Part shown: piece by piece, positions 1 through 9,546 of the stretch
Numbering within the stretch: the first letter of the stretch is position 1
Layout: each line of letters starts with the position of its first letter
Assembly: GCA_030141605.1 (NCBI GenBank)
Contig: JAQGDQ010002458.1
Location: forward strand, 1 to 30,440
Reading direction: 5' to 3'
Source of the DNA: Tubiluchus corallicola
Taxonomy: Eukaryota > Animalia > Priapulida
DNA: 30,440 nucleotides
The notes under the pieces: model-generated
What the model saw: the letters and a program-made list of their open reading frames with translations, nothing else
What the model was told of the DNA's origin: nothing
The model's database searches: none
Made by a program: the position numbers and the translations under genes

Positions 1-219
1 TATTCACCTATAAAATTTATTTAAATAAATTTTACCTAATTGCAATACAAATTGCAAATTATATTACATAAAAAAAGATTTTCTACATCATTTTTATCGT
101 TACATTATGAGTGTGTTACTATTTTTTTCTCTAGAATGAATATTTATATACGATACAGTTTTTATTGTAGAGTACTTAATCTAAGTATAAAAAGTGTTTA
201 AAAAAATAATAAAGGACTC

Positions 220-248
220 TTGAAAAATTTTATAAGATATTATATAGT
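220..248 (+). promoter_or_regulatory. sigma70-type promoter for sbcC
   Basis: TTGAAA (220-225), 17 bp spacer, TATAGT (243-248); GGAG RBS before ATG 283. Confidence 0.55.
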
Positions 249-282
249 AAGATAAATAATCAAAATATTTAATTGGAGAAGC

Positions 283-3132
283 ATGATAATAAATAAAGTA
301 ATATTGAAAAATTATAGAATACATAAAAAATTATCAATAGATTTTGAAAAGGGGATAAACCTTTTATTAGGAGAAAATGGTTCTGGAAAATCCTCTGTAC
401 TTGAAGCTATAGGTCTGGCAATGTTTAAAGCAGATATAAGAACAACAAGAAAAGAGGCTATTACTATTGGGGAGAAAACTGCTGAAATTATAGTAGAATT
501 TACTGCTAATGATAGCGTAAAATATATAGTTGAGAAAAAAATAGGCTCAATCTCTTCCCATAGATTGTACATGAAAGGAAAAAAAACAGAAAAAATAGAA
601 GGTAGTGAAAATATATATGAGAAAATAGAAGTTTTATCAGGGATGAATATAAAAAAATCAAATATATTTGACTCTGTTATTTATGCAAAACAAAATGAAT
701 TTATAAATATATTTAAATTAACAAATAAAGAAAGAGAAAATTTATTTAACGAAGTGTTTGATACAAAAATATATAGAGATATGTATGAAGGTTATTTAAA
801 AGATGTAAAAGATAAATATAAAAAAGATCAAGATCACTATGAAACTAAGTTAGAGTTAAAAAAAGAAACTATTGAAGAAGACAAAGACACATATGAAAAT
901 AAAGATATAGTAGAAGAAAAGTATATGAAAAAACAAAATGAGTTAAGAGAACAAAATAACTTTATAAAAAATTTGAGATTAGAATACAATACAATATTAG
1001 ATGTAGAAAATAATATATTAAGCTTAGAACAAAGCAAGAAAAATATTATACTTTTCATTGAAGAAAGCAAAAAACAAAGGGAAAGGTCAATAAAGGAACT
1101 AAAAAATATAAAATCTTCAGAAAAAATACTAGAAGATACTTATAAAGACTATGAAATTTATAAAAAACTTTCTATAGAAGAAGAAAAACACAGAAAAATA
1201 TTATATGAAAAAGAAAAAATAAAAAAGAATTTAGAAAATCTTGAATCTAAACATACTAAAATTATATTAGATATTAAAAATCTTGAATCAGAAATAAAAA
1301 TAGAAGAAAGAGCAAAGGAAAACCATAAGGAAGACTTAGATAAAATAGAAAAAGAACTGAAAAATGAAATAAATGGATATAATGAGGAAAGTGATCGTAA
1401 AAAATTATTTAGAAAAGAGAAAGAAAATTTAGAAGAAATCTTGAAGGTATATAGCGATATATATAAGAAATATAACAATATTTTAAGGGAAATAGCAGAA
1501 AAAGAAGTAATTATTAAGCAGCTTAGTTCTAAGTGGGAAAACTATAGCGAAAATATAGAGTCTATACAAAAATACAAAGATAAAATAGAAAAACTTGAAG
1601 AACAAATTATAGAAAAAAAAGAAATAGAAAGAGATATAGAGAACAATAAAACAATTGTAAAAGAATTGAAGAATGCAGAAAATCTCCTAAAGAAAAAAAT
1701 GTGTCCTTATTTTGAAGAAAAATGTGACAATTTACAAAAACAAAATGATGATAAAAATGTAGATGACAAACTTAAGTTAAGATACGATTTTCATAAAGAA
1801 AAACTTGAAAAGTTAGAAAAAAAGATTTTAGATTTTAAAGATATTAATGAAGAAAAAAGTGAAATAATACTTAAGTTGGAAAAGGAAAAAAATAAAAATA
1901 AAAACTATAACGAAGATGTAAATTTACTAGAAATAGTAAAAAAAGATTTAGAATTATTATTAGAAAAAAAAGAAAATCATGAGATAAAAATGAAAAATTT
2001 ATTACTGGAAAATAAAATTATTGAAAATAATAATACTAGTATAGATGAAAGCAAAGAAAAATTAACATCTGAACACACTAGACTTAAAGCAATAATAGAG
2101 GAAATTGAAAAAAATAACATAGAAAAAAGAAATAATATAAAACAATATAAAAATAAGAAAAAAGATATCATGTTTAATATTGAAGAAAATACAGAAAAAT
2201 TAACAAGATTTTCCAAAAATCTATTTGAAAAGAATAGCAATAAAGATATAGTAAAAGAAAAAATAGATAAATTAGATAATGAAATAAAAGATATGTCAGA
2301 AATAAAATCAAAATTTAATGATATTAATGATAAAATGGCACATCATAAAGAAAACTATATTAAATATGAAAATAATAAAAATATTGTTAGTGGTAAGAAA
2401 GAATTAACTAAAAGAATAGAAAATATCAAGTTACAAGAACTAAACTATAATAATGAATTAGAAAAAACTGAAAAAGAATTAAAAGCTAAACAATCTAAAT
2501 ATTCAAATGAAATAAAAAATAGCATAAAATTAAAATTAGATGAAGCAGAAACAAAAGAAAAAGATCTAATAAAGACAAATGAAAGTTTTAAAGTAAGTTT
2601 AGAAGAAATAAGAAAGAGAATAGAAAAAAATAAAAAAAGAAAAGAAGAATTGAAAGAAATAGAAAGTGAAATAGAAAAACTTGAAAAGAAGTATAACTTA
2701 ACAGAACAATTTAGAAACAACTTAAACACTATGGGAAGCATCGTTGCTGAAAGATTTGTAAAAGAAATAGAAATATTAGCAACAGATAATTTTATAGAAA
2801 TAACAGGACGAAGTGAAATAATAAAATGGGATAATAAAAATTATTATGAAGTGTACTTAGTTAATGGGGAAAATGAACGAAGTTTTAATGTGTTATCTGG
2901 AGGTGAGCAAGTAGCTGTTGCGATATCAATTAGAGCAGCAATGTCAGAAGTTCTTAGTAGTTCTAGGTTTTCAATATTTGATGAACCAACAAATAACCTA
3001 GATGAAGAAAGGCGCACGGCTCTTGCTGATTCTTTTGAAAAGCTACTTAAAAAGTCAGAACAAAGTATAATTGTTACTCATGACAATACCTTTAGAGAAA
3101 TGGCTAATAAAATAATAAATTTTAATATATAA
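283..3132 (+). CDS. sbcC: SbcC/Rad50-like SMC-family ATPase
   Basis: Walker A GENGSGKS, Q-loop YAKQNE, long K/E-rich coiled coil, central CPYFEEKC, signature LSGGEQ, Walker B IFDEPT, H-loop VTHD. Confidence 0.88.
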   Translation: MIINKVILKNYRIHKKLSIDFEKGINLLLGENGSGKSSVLEAIGLAMFKADIRTTRKEAITIGEKTAEIIVEFTANDSVKYIVEKKIGSISSHRLYMKGKKTEKIEGSENIYEKIEVLSGMNIKKSNIFDSVIYAKQNEFINIFKLTNKERENLFNEVFDTKIYRDMYEGYLKDVKDKYKKDQDHYETKLELKKETIEEDKDTYENKDIVEEKYMKKQNELREQNNFIKNLRLEYNTILDVENNILSLEQSKKNIILFIEESKKQRERSIKELKNIKSSEKILEDTYKDYEIYKKLSIEEEKHRKILYEKEKIKKNLENLESKHTKIILDIKNLESEIKIEERAKENHKEDLDKIEKELKNEINGYNEESDRKKLFRKEKENLEEILKVYSDIYKKYNNILREIAEKEVIIKQLSSKWENYSENIESIQKYKDKIEKLEEQIIEKKEIERDIENNKTIVKELKNAENLLKKKMCPYFEEKCDNLQKQNDDKNVDDKLKLRYDFHKEKLEKLEKKILDFKDINEEKSEIILKLEKEKNKNKNYNEDVNLLEIVKKDLELLLEKKENHEIKMKNLLLENKIIENNNTSIDESKEKLTSEHTRLKAIIEEIEKNNIEKRNNIKQYKNKKKDIMFNIEENTEKLTRFSKNLFEKNSNKDIVKEKIDKLDNEIKDMSEIKSKFNDINDKMAHHKENYIKYENNKNIVSGKKELTKRIENIKLQELNYNNELEKTEKELKAKQSKYSNEIKNSIKLKLDEAETKEKDLIKTNESFKVSLEEIRKRIEKNKKRKEELKEIESEIEKLEKKYNLTEQFRNNLNTMGSIVAERFVKEIEILATDNFIEITGRSEIIKWDNKNYYEVYLVNGENERSFNVLSGGEQVAVAISIRAAMSEVLSSSRFSIFDEPTNNLDEERRTALADSFEKLLKKSEQSIIVTHDNTFREMANKIINFNI

Positions 3133-3192
3133 TTATCAAAACTTTGTTTAAATATGTATAAATTATAAAAATATATAAATTTAGGAGAATAT

Positions 3193-4215
3193 ATGAAATT
3201 ATCAGATTACAACTATGATCTACCAGAAAATCTAATTGCTCAAACTCCTGTTTCTCCTAGAGATAATTCTAAACTTTTAGTTATAGATAAAAAAACAGGA
3301 AATACTGAAAATAAAATTTTTAAAGATATTATTGATTACTTAAATGAAGGTGATGTTTTAGTAACAAATTCAACAAAAGTCATACCTGCAAGGATATTTG
3401 CTAAAAAAGTAACAGGAGGAACTCTTGAGATATTTTTACTAAAAAGACTAAGCCTTGACACATGGGAATGTTTAATAAAACCTGCTAAAAAACTAAAATT
3501 ATTGCAAGAGATAATTGTTGCTGAAGGGAAGCTAAGAGGTACTTTAATAGAAATAAAAGAAGATGGTAATAGAACTATAAAATTTAAATATGAAGGTGTA
3601 TTTGAAAAACTATTGGATGAACTTGGAAATATGCCTTTACCTCCTTACATAAAAGAAAATTTAAATGAAAAAGATAGATATCAAACTGTCTATGCAAAAT
3701 ATGGAAATTCAGTTGCAGCTCCAACTGCAGGGCTTCATTTTACAGAAGAACTCTTAGAAAAAATAGAAAAAAAAGGTATCAAAATAGTTGATGTTTTTTT
3801 AGAAGTTGGTTTAGGTACTTTTAGACCAGTAAAAACAGAAAACGTTTTTGATCATAAAATGCACGAAGAATCTTTTGAAATACCTCTAGAAAGTAAAAAA
3901 ATAATAGAAAATCAAAAAAAACTAGGAAAAAGAATAATCGCTGTAGGGACTACCTCTGTAAGAGTATTAGAAAGTGTTTCCAGTGAAAATGGAGTATTAG
4001 AAAAATTAGAAGGAAAAACAGACATATTTATTTATCCTAGTTACAAATTTAAAATGGTAGACGCAATGATAACAAATTTTCATTTGCCAAAATCAACATT
4101 ATTAATGCTAGTTTCAGCATTTTATTCTAGGGAAAAAATGTTAGAAATATATATAAAAGCTGTAAATGACAAGTACAGATTTTTTAGTTTTGGAGATGCA
4201 ATGTACATTTATTAA
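3193..4215 (+). CDS. queA: S-adenosylmethionine:tRNA ribosyltransferase-isomerase
   Basis: Motifs LIAQTP, KVIPAR, PLPPYI, YQTVYA, SVAAPTAGLHF, VGTTSVR, TNFHLPKSTL, YRFFSFGDAM. Confidence 0.97.
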   Translation: MKLSDYNYDLPENLIAQTPVSPRDNSKLLVIDKKTGNTENKIFKDIIDYLNEGDVLVTNSTKVIPARIFAKKVTGGTLEIFLLKRLSLDTWECLIKPAKKLKLLQEIIVAEGKLRGTLIEIKEDGNRTIKFKYEGVFEKLLDELGNMPLPPYIKENLNEKDRYQTVYAKYGNSVAAPTAGLHFTEELLEKIEKKGIKIVDVFLEVGLGTFRPVKTENVFDHKMHEESFEIPLESKKIIENQKKLGKRIIAVGTTSVRVLESVSSENGVLEKLEGKTDIFIYPSYKFKMVDAMITNFHLPKSTLLMLVSAFYSREKMLEIYIKAVNDKYRFFSFGDAMYIY

Positions 4216-4241
4216 AAAAAAACAATTTATGAGGTGAAATA

Positions 4242-4808
4242 TTGAGGATAATAGCAGGAAGCGCTAAAGGAAGAAAAATAAAAATTCTTCCAGGAAAAAC
4301 AACAAGACCCACATTAGATAGAATAAGGGAAGCGATGTTTTCTATAATAAACCCTTATGTAAGAGAGAGCAAGTTTTTAGATCTTTTTGGAGGAACTGGA
4401 AGCATTACTTTAGAAGCTTTAAGTAGAGGAGCTAAAAAGGCAGTTATAATTGAAAAAGATAGAGAAGCTTTAGAAAATATTATAAAAAATGTAAATAAAC
4501 TAAATTTTGAAAATAAGTGTAGAGCATATAAAAATGATGCTTTTAGGGGAATAGAGATTTTAGATAAAAAAAGAGAAAAGTTTGATATAATATTTTTAGA
4601 TCCACCATATAAATGTAAACTTATAAGTAAGTTAATTATAAAACTAAGTGAATTTGATTTATTAGAAAATGATGGAATAATTGTTTCAGAGCATGACTAT
4701 AGAGAAGAAATTGATAATATAATTGGTAAGTATATGAAAATAGATGAAAGAAAGTATGGAAAAATAGTACTTAGTTTTTTTCAAAAAAATACTTATATGG
4801 AGGAATAA
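4242..4808 (+). CDS. rsmD: 16S rRNA m2G966 methyltransferase
   Basis: MRIIAG start (TTG codon, GAGGTG RBS), TRPT, LDLFGGTG SAM-binding motif, EALSRGA, FLDPPY. Confidence 0.94.
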   Translation: MRIIAGSAKGRKIKILPGKTTRPTLDRIREAMFSIINPYVRESKFLDLFGGTGSITLEALSRGAKKAVIIEKDREALENIIKNVNKLNFENKCRAYKNDAFRGIEILDKKREKFDIIFLDPPYKCKLISKLIIKLSEFDLLENDGIIVSEHDYREEIDNIIGKYMKIDERKYGKIVLSFFQKNTYMEE

Positions 4809-5024
4809 ATGGCGGCTAAAAAGAGTTTTGAAGAAAATCTTGAAATAATAGATTCAGTTATAAAAAGGTTAGAAGATGGAGATATTTCTTTAGACGAATC
4901 TATAAAAGAATACGAACTAGCAATGAAGTGTATAGATAGTGCAGAAAAAATACTTGAAAAAGCAGAAGGAAAAGTGCGAAAAATAGTAGAAAAGGATGGT
5001 GAGCTAATAGAAAAAAATTTTTAA
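4809..5024 (+). CDS. xseB: Exodeoxyribonuclease VII small subunit
   Basis: 71 aa; SFEENL, LEDGDISLDESIKEYE, LEKAEGKV pattern; ATG directly follows the rsmD stop. Confidence 0.92.
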   Translation: MAAKKSFEENLEIIDSVIKRLEDGDISLDESIKEYELAMKCIDSAEKILEKAEGKVRKIVEKDGELIEKNF

Positions 5025-5041
5025 TAAAAAAAGGAGGGTAA

Positions 5042-5665
5042 ATGAAAATTAGCAAAACACTTTTATTTGAAATAGTAAAAAATATTAGTAATTCTATGCT
5101 AGAAAATGAGACGTATCTAAATAGTATTGATAGTGTCATTGGGGATGGTGATCATGGCTCAAACTTAGCAAAGGGATTTTCTATAGCTATTGAAAAACTA
5201 GAAAAAATCTCTACAGTTGAATTAGAAGAAATTTTTTTTGTAATTTCAAAGTCTTTAAAGGAAAATATTGAAGGAAACTCAGGAGTTATCTATGGTGAAG
5301 CTTTTGCTAAAGCAGGGGAGGTTTTAAAAGGAAAAAAGATAGTAAATAGCAATGATTTTGTAGTGGTTTTCCAAGAAATGGTAAAAAGTATAGAAGAAAA
5401 AGGGCAAGTCTCAATAGGTGATAAAACTATTTTAGATGCGTTGATTCCTGCAAGTATTCAATTTAAAGAAGCGATAGAACAGTTGGAAGACCCTTTGGAT
5501 GTAGCTATTGAAAAAGCATTGAAAGGAGCACAAGATGGAGTTGTGTACACAAAGTCTTTGGAGTCAAAAAAATATGGAAGATCTTCAGTTGGATATCAAG
5601 ATCCAGGAGCGACTTCATGCATGTTAATGTTTAAAGCTATTTATGAAAGTATATCATCTGATTAA
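5042..5665 (+). CDS. dhaL: Dihydroxyacetone kinase L subunit-like (DAK2 domain) protein
   Basis: IGDGDHG, GDKTILDAL and QDPGATS motifs; GGAGGG RBS. Confidence 0.85.
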   Translation: MKISKTLLFEIVKNISNSMLENETYLNSIDSVIGDGDHGSNLAKGFSIAIEKLEKISTVELEEIFFVISKSLKENIEGNSGVIYGEAFAKAGEVLKGKKIVNSNDFVVVFQEMVKSIEEKGQVSIGDKTILDALIPASIQFKEAIEQLEDPLDVAIEKALKGAQDGVVYTKSLESKKYGRSSVGYQDPGATSCMLMFKAIYESISSD

Positions 5666-5710
5666 GAAAAGCTGTATTAAAAAATTGTAGTTTTTATTTT
5701 ATGTACATCA

Positions 5711-5739
5711 TTGATTTTAGTGTTTTAATATGATAAACT
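5711..5739 (+). promoter_or_regulatory. sigma70-type promoter with extended -10
   Basis: TTGATT (5711-5716), 17 bp, TAAACT (5734-5739) preceded by TG. Confidence 0.55.
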
Positions 5740-5783
5740 ACTTACGATATTGATCTATTCATAAATTAATTTAGGAGGGAATA

Positions 5784-6236
5784 ATGAGTAAAGATATTAT
5801 AAAAGAAATAGTTGAAAAGCATGATTTAGTTCATATAAGTACAATAGGAAATAATAATGTACCAAATGTTAGAGGCGTAGACTATGCAATGGGAGAAGAT
5901 GAGTCAGTGCTTTACTTCATAACAGGAAAAGATAGTGCAAAAGTAAAAGAATTAGAAGCAAATAATAATGTAGCTATAGTAATTGATCATCCTTGTCATT
6001 CTATGGAAGCTATAGGAAAGTTAAAATATATAAAAGGAACAGGAAAGGCTTATATTGGAGATACTCCTGAAAAAAATCAAAAAGCATTTGGAAAAATAAT
6101 AGAAAAATTTCCATATTTAAAAGATTTACCAGGTGATCCTAGTGATTTTGTTGGGATAAGGGTTGAGTTACATAACATAACTCTTGTAGATAATACAAAA
6201 GGCTTTGGATATACTGAAGAAATAAATTACAGATAA
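5784..6236 (+). CDS. Pyridoxamine 5'-phosphate oxidase-like (split-barrel flavin-binding) protein
   Basis: ISTIG..PNVR, LYFITGKDSAKVKELEANNNVAI pattern; AGGAGG RBS. Confidence 0.8.
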   Translation: MSKDIIKEIVEKHDLVHISTIGNNNVPNVRGVDYAMGEDESVLYFITGKDSAKVKELEANNNVAIVIDHPCHSMEAIGKLKYIKGTGKAYIGDTPEKNQKAFGKIIEKFPYLKDLPGDPSDFVGIRVELHNITLVDNTKGFGYTEEINYR

Positions 6237-6240
6237 AATT

Positions 6241-6267
6241 AAAGGTGACTGTTACAGTCACCTTTTT
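6241..6267. terminator. Likely bidirectional intrinsic terminator
   Basis: Perfect 11-bp stem AAAGGTGACTG / CAGTCACCTTT with T tail, between convergent genes. Confidence 0.85.
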
Positions 6268-6293
6268 ATATATCATAGATATTTAAAAACATA

Positions 6294-7148
6294 TTATGAC
6301 TTACTAACTTCTGAAATCATTGTGGCAACATTAGCTATTCCTTCAAAATTAGAAGGTATAATTATTTTGCTAGCTTTACCATCAGCAGCCTTAACAAAAG
6401 CTTCAAAACCTTTTAAAGTTAGAATCTCTTTTGTAGGCTCTGCTTTGTTTAAAAGTTCAAGAGCCTGAGCTTGTCCTTCTGCTATTTTTATAGAAGCCTC
6501 TTTTTTAGCTTCAGCTCGTAGTATAGCAGATTCTTTTTCACCTTCAGCTTCTAGTATTGCTGCCTGTCTTTTTCCCTCAGCTTTTAAGATAGCTTCTCTT
6601 TTTTCTCTTTCTGCTTTCATTTGTTTTTCCATGGCATCTTGAATTTCTGTTGGAGGAATTATATTTTTTAGCTCAACTCTATTTACTTTTATACCCCATG
6701 GATCAGTTGCTTCATCAAGAATAGATCTCATTTTCGTATTTATAGTATCTCTAGATGTAAGAGTAGTATCTAATTCCATCTCACCAATAATGTTTCTAAG
6801 TGTAGTTGCAGTTAAGTTTTCAATAGCACTTAAAGGATGTTCAACACCATAAGCGTATAACTTAGGGTCTGTTATTTGAAAATATATAACAGAGTCAATT
6901 TGCATAGTAACATTATCTTTTGTTATAACAGGTTGTGGAAGAAAGTCTACAACTTGTTCTTTCAAAGATATTTTTTTAGCACCTCTTTCTATGATAGGAA
7001 TGACATAATTTACACCTGCTTCTAAAGTTTTATGGTACTGCCCTAGTCTTTCTACAACAACAGAGTGTGCTTGTGGAACTATTTTTATTCCTTTAATAAT
7101 TAATAATAGTATTGTAATAATTACAATTATAAATATAACTCCTGACAT
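6294..7148 (-). CDS. SPFH/stomatin-family membrane protein (QmcA-like)
   Basis: N-terminal TM, VVERLGQY, PQPVITKDNV, TTLRNIIG, ATDPWGIKVNRVE, AMEKQMKAERE coiled coil. Confidence 0.93.
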   Translation of the reverse strand: MSGVIFIIVIITILLLIIKGIKIVPQAHSVVVERLGQYHKTLEAGVNYVIPIIERGAKKISLKEQVVDFLPQPVITKDNVTMQIDSVIYFQITDPKLYAYGVEHPLSAIENLTATTLRNIIGEMELDTTLTSRDTINTKMRSILDEATDPWGIKVNRVELKNIIPPTEIQDAMEKQMKAEREKREAILKAEGKRQAAILEAEGEKESAILRAEAKKEASIKIAEGQAQALELLNKAEPTKEILTLKGFEAFVKAADGKASKIIIPSNFEGIANVATMISEVSKS

Positions 7149-7163
7149 AAAAACCTCCTAAAT

Positions 7164-7574
7164 TTATTTTTTTAATACTAATTTATTACCTTCAAATGAA
7201 CAAACAGTAGCAACATCTCCTTTTTCTAATAAAGAGTCACATTTAGCATTCCAATGCTTTCCATCGAGATAAACCTTGTAATGGCCAAATTCATTTTTTT
7301 CTAATATCTTAACTTCCTGACCAATTATCCTATTGTCAATATCAGGCTTGCCTTTTTTTAAATACTTTTTTACTAAAGGTTTAGTAAAATATACAAGCGC
7401 CCCTGAAATAGATACAAAAATTAGACATTGCAAAATTAAATTTGGAACTACTTTTGAAATTAAAATCAAAATTAATGCTGAAATAGCAAACCAAATAGAA
7501 ATAAGTCCTTCTGTAAATATTTCAACAAGTAAAAACACGATAAATAATATAAGCCAAATTAAAGGATGAGACAT
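7164..7574 (-). CDS. NfeD-family protein (short, OB-fold type)
   Basis: Hydrophobic N-terminus, C-terminal GKHWNA..GNKLVL; immediately upstream of the SPFH gene; AGGAGG RBS. Confidence 0.88.
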   Translation of the reverse strand: MSHPLIWLILFIVFLLVEIFTEGLISIWFAISALILILISKVVPNLILQCLIFVSISGALVYFTKPLVKKYLKKGKPDIDNRIIGQEVKILEKNEFGHYKVYLDGKHWNAKCDSLLEKGDVATVCSFEGNKLVLKK

Positions 7575-7588
7575 AAGACCTCCTAATA

Positions 7589-9244
7589 TTAAAAATGATC
7601 TAGAATATCATTATAAACTTCTTCTACTTTCACTTTGTTTTTATTTTTATTTAAAGAAAATGACCTTATAATTTCTACTTTTTCTTTTAATATTTTTTCA
7701 ATATATAATAGACTGTTGTTAATTTCAGTACTATAATCTTCCATAATTACTTTAATATCATTAGCAGAGTTATTTAGTTTATCTCTTAAGTCAGGGCTTA
7801 ATTCCTCTAAATTACTTATTTTTAAATTAACTTCAGCTTTTAATATGTCTTTAAAGCTGTCTTCAAGTCTTGAATCAATTTCTAATACATTATCAATGTA
7901 CTTATATTCAAATTCAAGAGAATTTTCACTAACAAAGTAATTAAAATAGGAATTCCTGATACTTTCATTTTCTATTTTATTTTCAAAATGATCTTTGTTA
8001 AAAGAGATGTCTTTTAAAATTAAACTACCTTCTAGCTTTTCTATATAATTACTTTGATTTACAGAATAAATTTCATTCTGGTCAATACTTGACCCTTTAA
8101 AGAGTTTTACTAGACTATTTTCCTCAGAATAATAGTCTTCTATTTTACCATTATTGATTTTTAGGGAAAAAGTTTTTGTACCAGTAGCGTGTTTTTCTAA
8201 GACTAGGTAGTATGATTTATCATCTTTTGAAGATAATTCTAGTATGGAGTCTCCATTATTATTAGTAATATGGCAACTAAAAATTATACCATGTTTATTA
8301 GTGTAATTATTTATATTTATACTATCAGCTGTAACAAAGTTATAATCTAACAAACTAAACAGTAACTCACTTTCTTTTACTAATTTAGCAATATCTTCAT
8401 TAAAATAAAGATTATTTAAATCAAGGATCTCTTCATTGTTAATTCCTAAAGCTGTTTCGTATACTTTAGATTTATCTTCTAAGGAACTTACAATTTCATT
8501 TTTTTCAATTGCGATATTTTGAAGCTTGTTTATTATAGTTGCTTTTTTTTCATAAAAATTATTTATTAGAAGTGAAGCTTCATTAAATAAAATATCTAAA
8601 TTATATTTACTTTTTATAATTTCTTCAATATTTTTATGTTCAGAAATTTTTTCTTTTTCTTCATTAAATTTGCTTTCAATATTTTCTATTTGCTCTACAT
8701 ACTTTCCTTCTTCTATTAAATCTTGTATGGCTTTTTTATTTATTTTAACTTTTTCATTTGCAGCGTCTTTTCTATTTTTAACTGCAGCTTCCAATTCTTG
8801 TGAAAGTTTTTTAGGACTTTGATTTATATTTGAAAGGGAAGTTAAAGGGACAAATTTTTTAATAATGCTTATTTCTTCTGTTTTGAAACTAAAATCTTCA
8901 TTAGGTTTACTTAATGGCTTTTTATTTTCAATATTTTTAATATTTACTTCACTAAAAATTATAGATTTATCTGAAATAGTATTTTTTAAAGAATATCTAG
9001 CATGTACGTTAGATATTTCAGTTAACATATCGTTACCTTCTAATAAAAAAATATTATCTATGTAAAGAGTTGATTTTGTTAAATTAATTTTCAAATTATC
9101 AATTTCTACTTTTTTTCCAGTTATTGTACTTAATTTTTTTTCAATAAAAAATTTACCAATATGGTTTCTTCCTATAATTACACCTACTATTCCTATAACT
9201 AAAATAATAAATATAATAATAAAAGATCTAAAAAATTTTAACAT
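7589..9244 (-). CDS. Membrane-anchored protein with AsmA/TIGR03545-like N-terminus and coiled coils
   Basis: Single N-terminal TM, then IEKKLSTITGKKVEIDNLKINL; GGAGG at ~9249-9253 favours ATG 9244 or 9247 over TTG 9256. Family call is tentative. Confidence 0.5.
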   Translation of the reverse strand: MLKFFRSFIIIFIILVIGIVGVIIGRNHIGKFFIEKKLSTITGKKVEIDNLKINLTKSTLYIDNIFLLEGNDMLTEISNVHARYSLKNTISDKSIIFSEVNIKNIENKKPLSKPNEDFSFKTEEISIIKKFVPLTSLSNINQSPKKLSQELEAAVKNRKDAANEKVKINKKAIQDLIEEGKYVEQIENIESKFNEEKEKISEHKNIEEIIKSKYNLDILFNEASLLINNFYEKKATIINKLQNIAIEKNEIVSSLEDKSKVYETALGINNEEILDLNNLYFNEDIAKLVKESELLFSLLDYNFVTADSININNYTNKHGIIFSCHITNNNGDSILELSSKDDKSYYLVLEKHATGTKTFSLKINNGKIEDYYSEENSLVKLFKGSSIDQNEIYSVNQSNYIEKLEGSLILKDISFNKDHFENKIENESIRNSYFNYFVSENSLEFEYKYIDNVLEIDSRLEDSFKDILKAEVNLKISNLEELSPDLRDKLNNSANDIKVIMEDYSTEINNSLLYIEKILKEKVEIIRSFSLNKNKNKVKVEEVYNDILDHF

Positions 9245-9474
9245 CATACCTCCCAATATAGTTGTATACTTAATAATAATTAATAATCTTTAACATAGTG
9301 AACAAATCGTTAGATCAATAAAATTTAGCTATTAAATCAAAGTATATAATTTATTTTAGGCTAAAATAATAAATAATTAGGTTATAAAAATAATATTAGC
9401 TTTTAAGTGTTGTTAACAACAAGTTGGAATTTTTATGAGCATTATAATGTTACACATATTATAATACTTATAAG

Positions 9475-9503
9475 TTGATTTTATACTATTTATGTGATAA
9501 AAT
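9475..9503 (+). promoter_or_regulatory. sigma70-type promoter with extended -10 for the ClC gene
   Basis: TTGATT (9475-9480), 17 bp, TAAAAT (9498-9503) preceded by TG. Confidence 0.6.
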
Positions 9504-9546
9504 CAAGATAATTTATTATTACTAAACTATATTAAGGCGACCTAGT

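Noticed and set aside
312-2741. Five minus-strand ORFs inside sbcC
   Set aside because: F/S/L/I-rich antisense shadows of a K/E-rich coding strand; no recognisable motifs
283-3132. SMC-like ATPase as a defence component (Wadjet JetC or Lamassu)
   Set aside because: No jetABD or lmuA-type neighbours; housekeeping context and central Cys pair fit SbcC/Rad50
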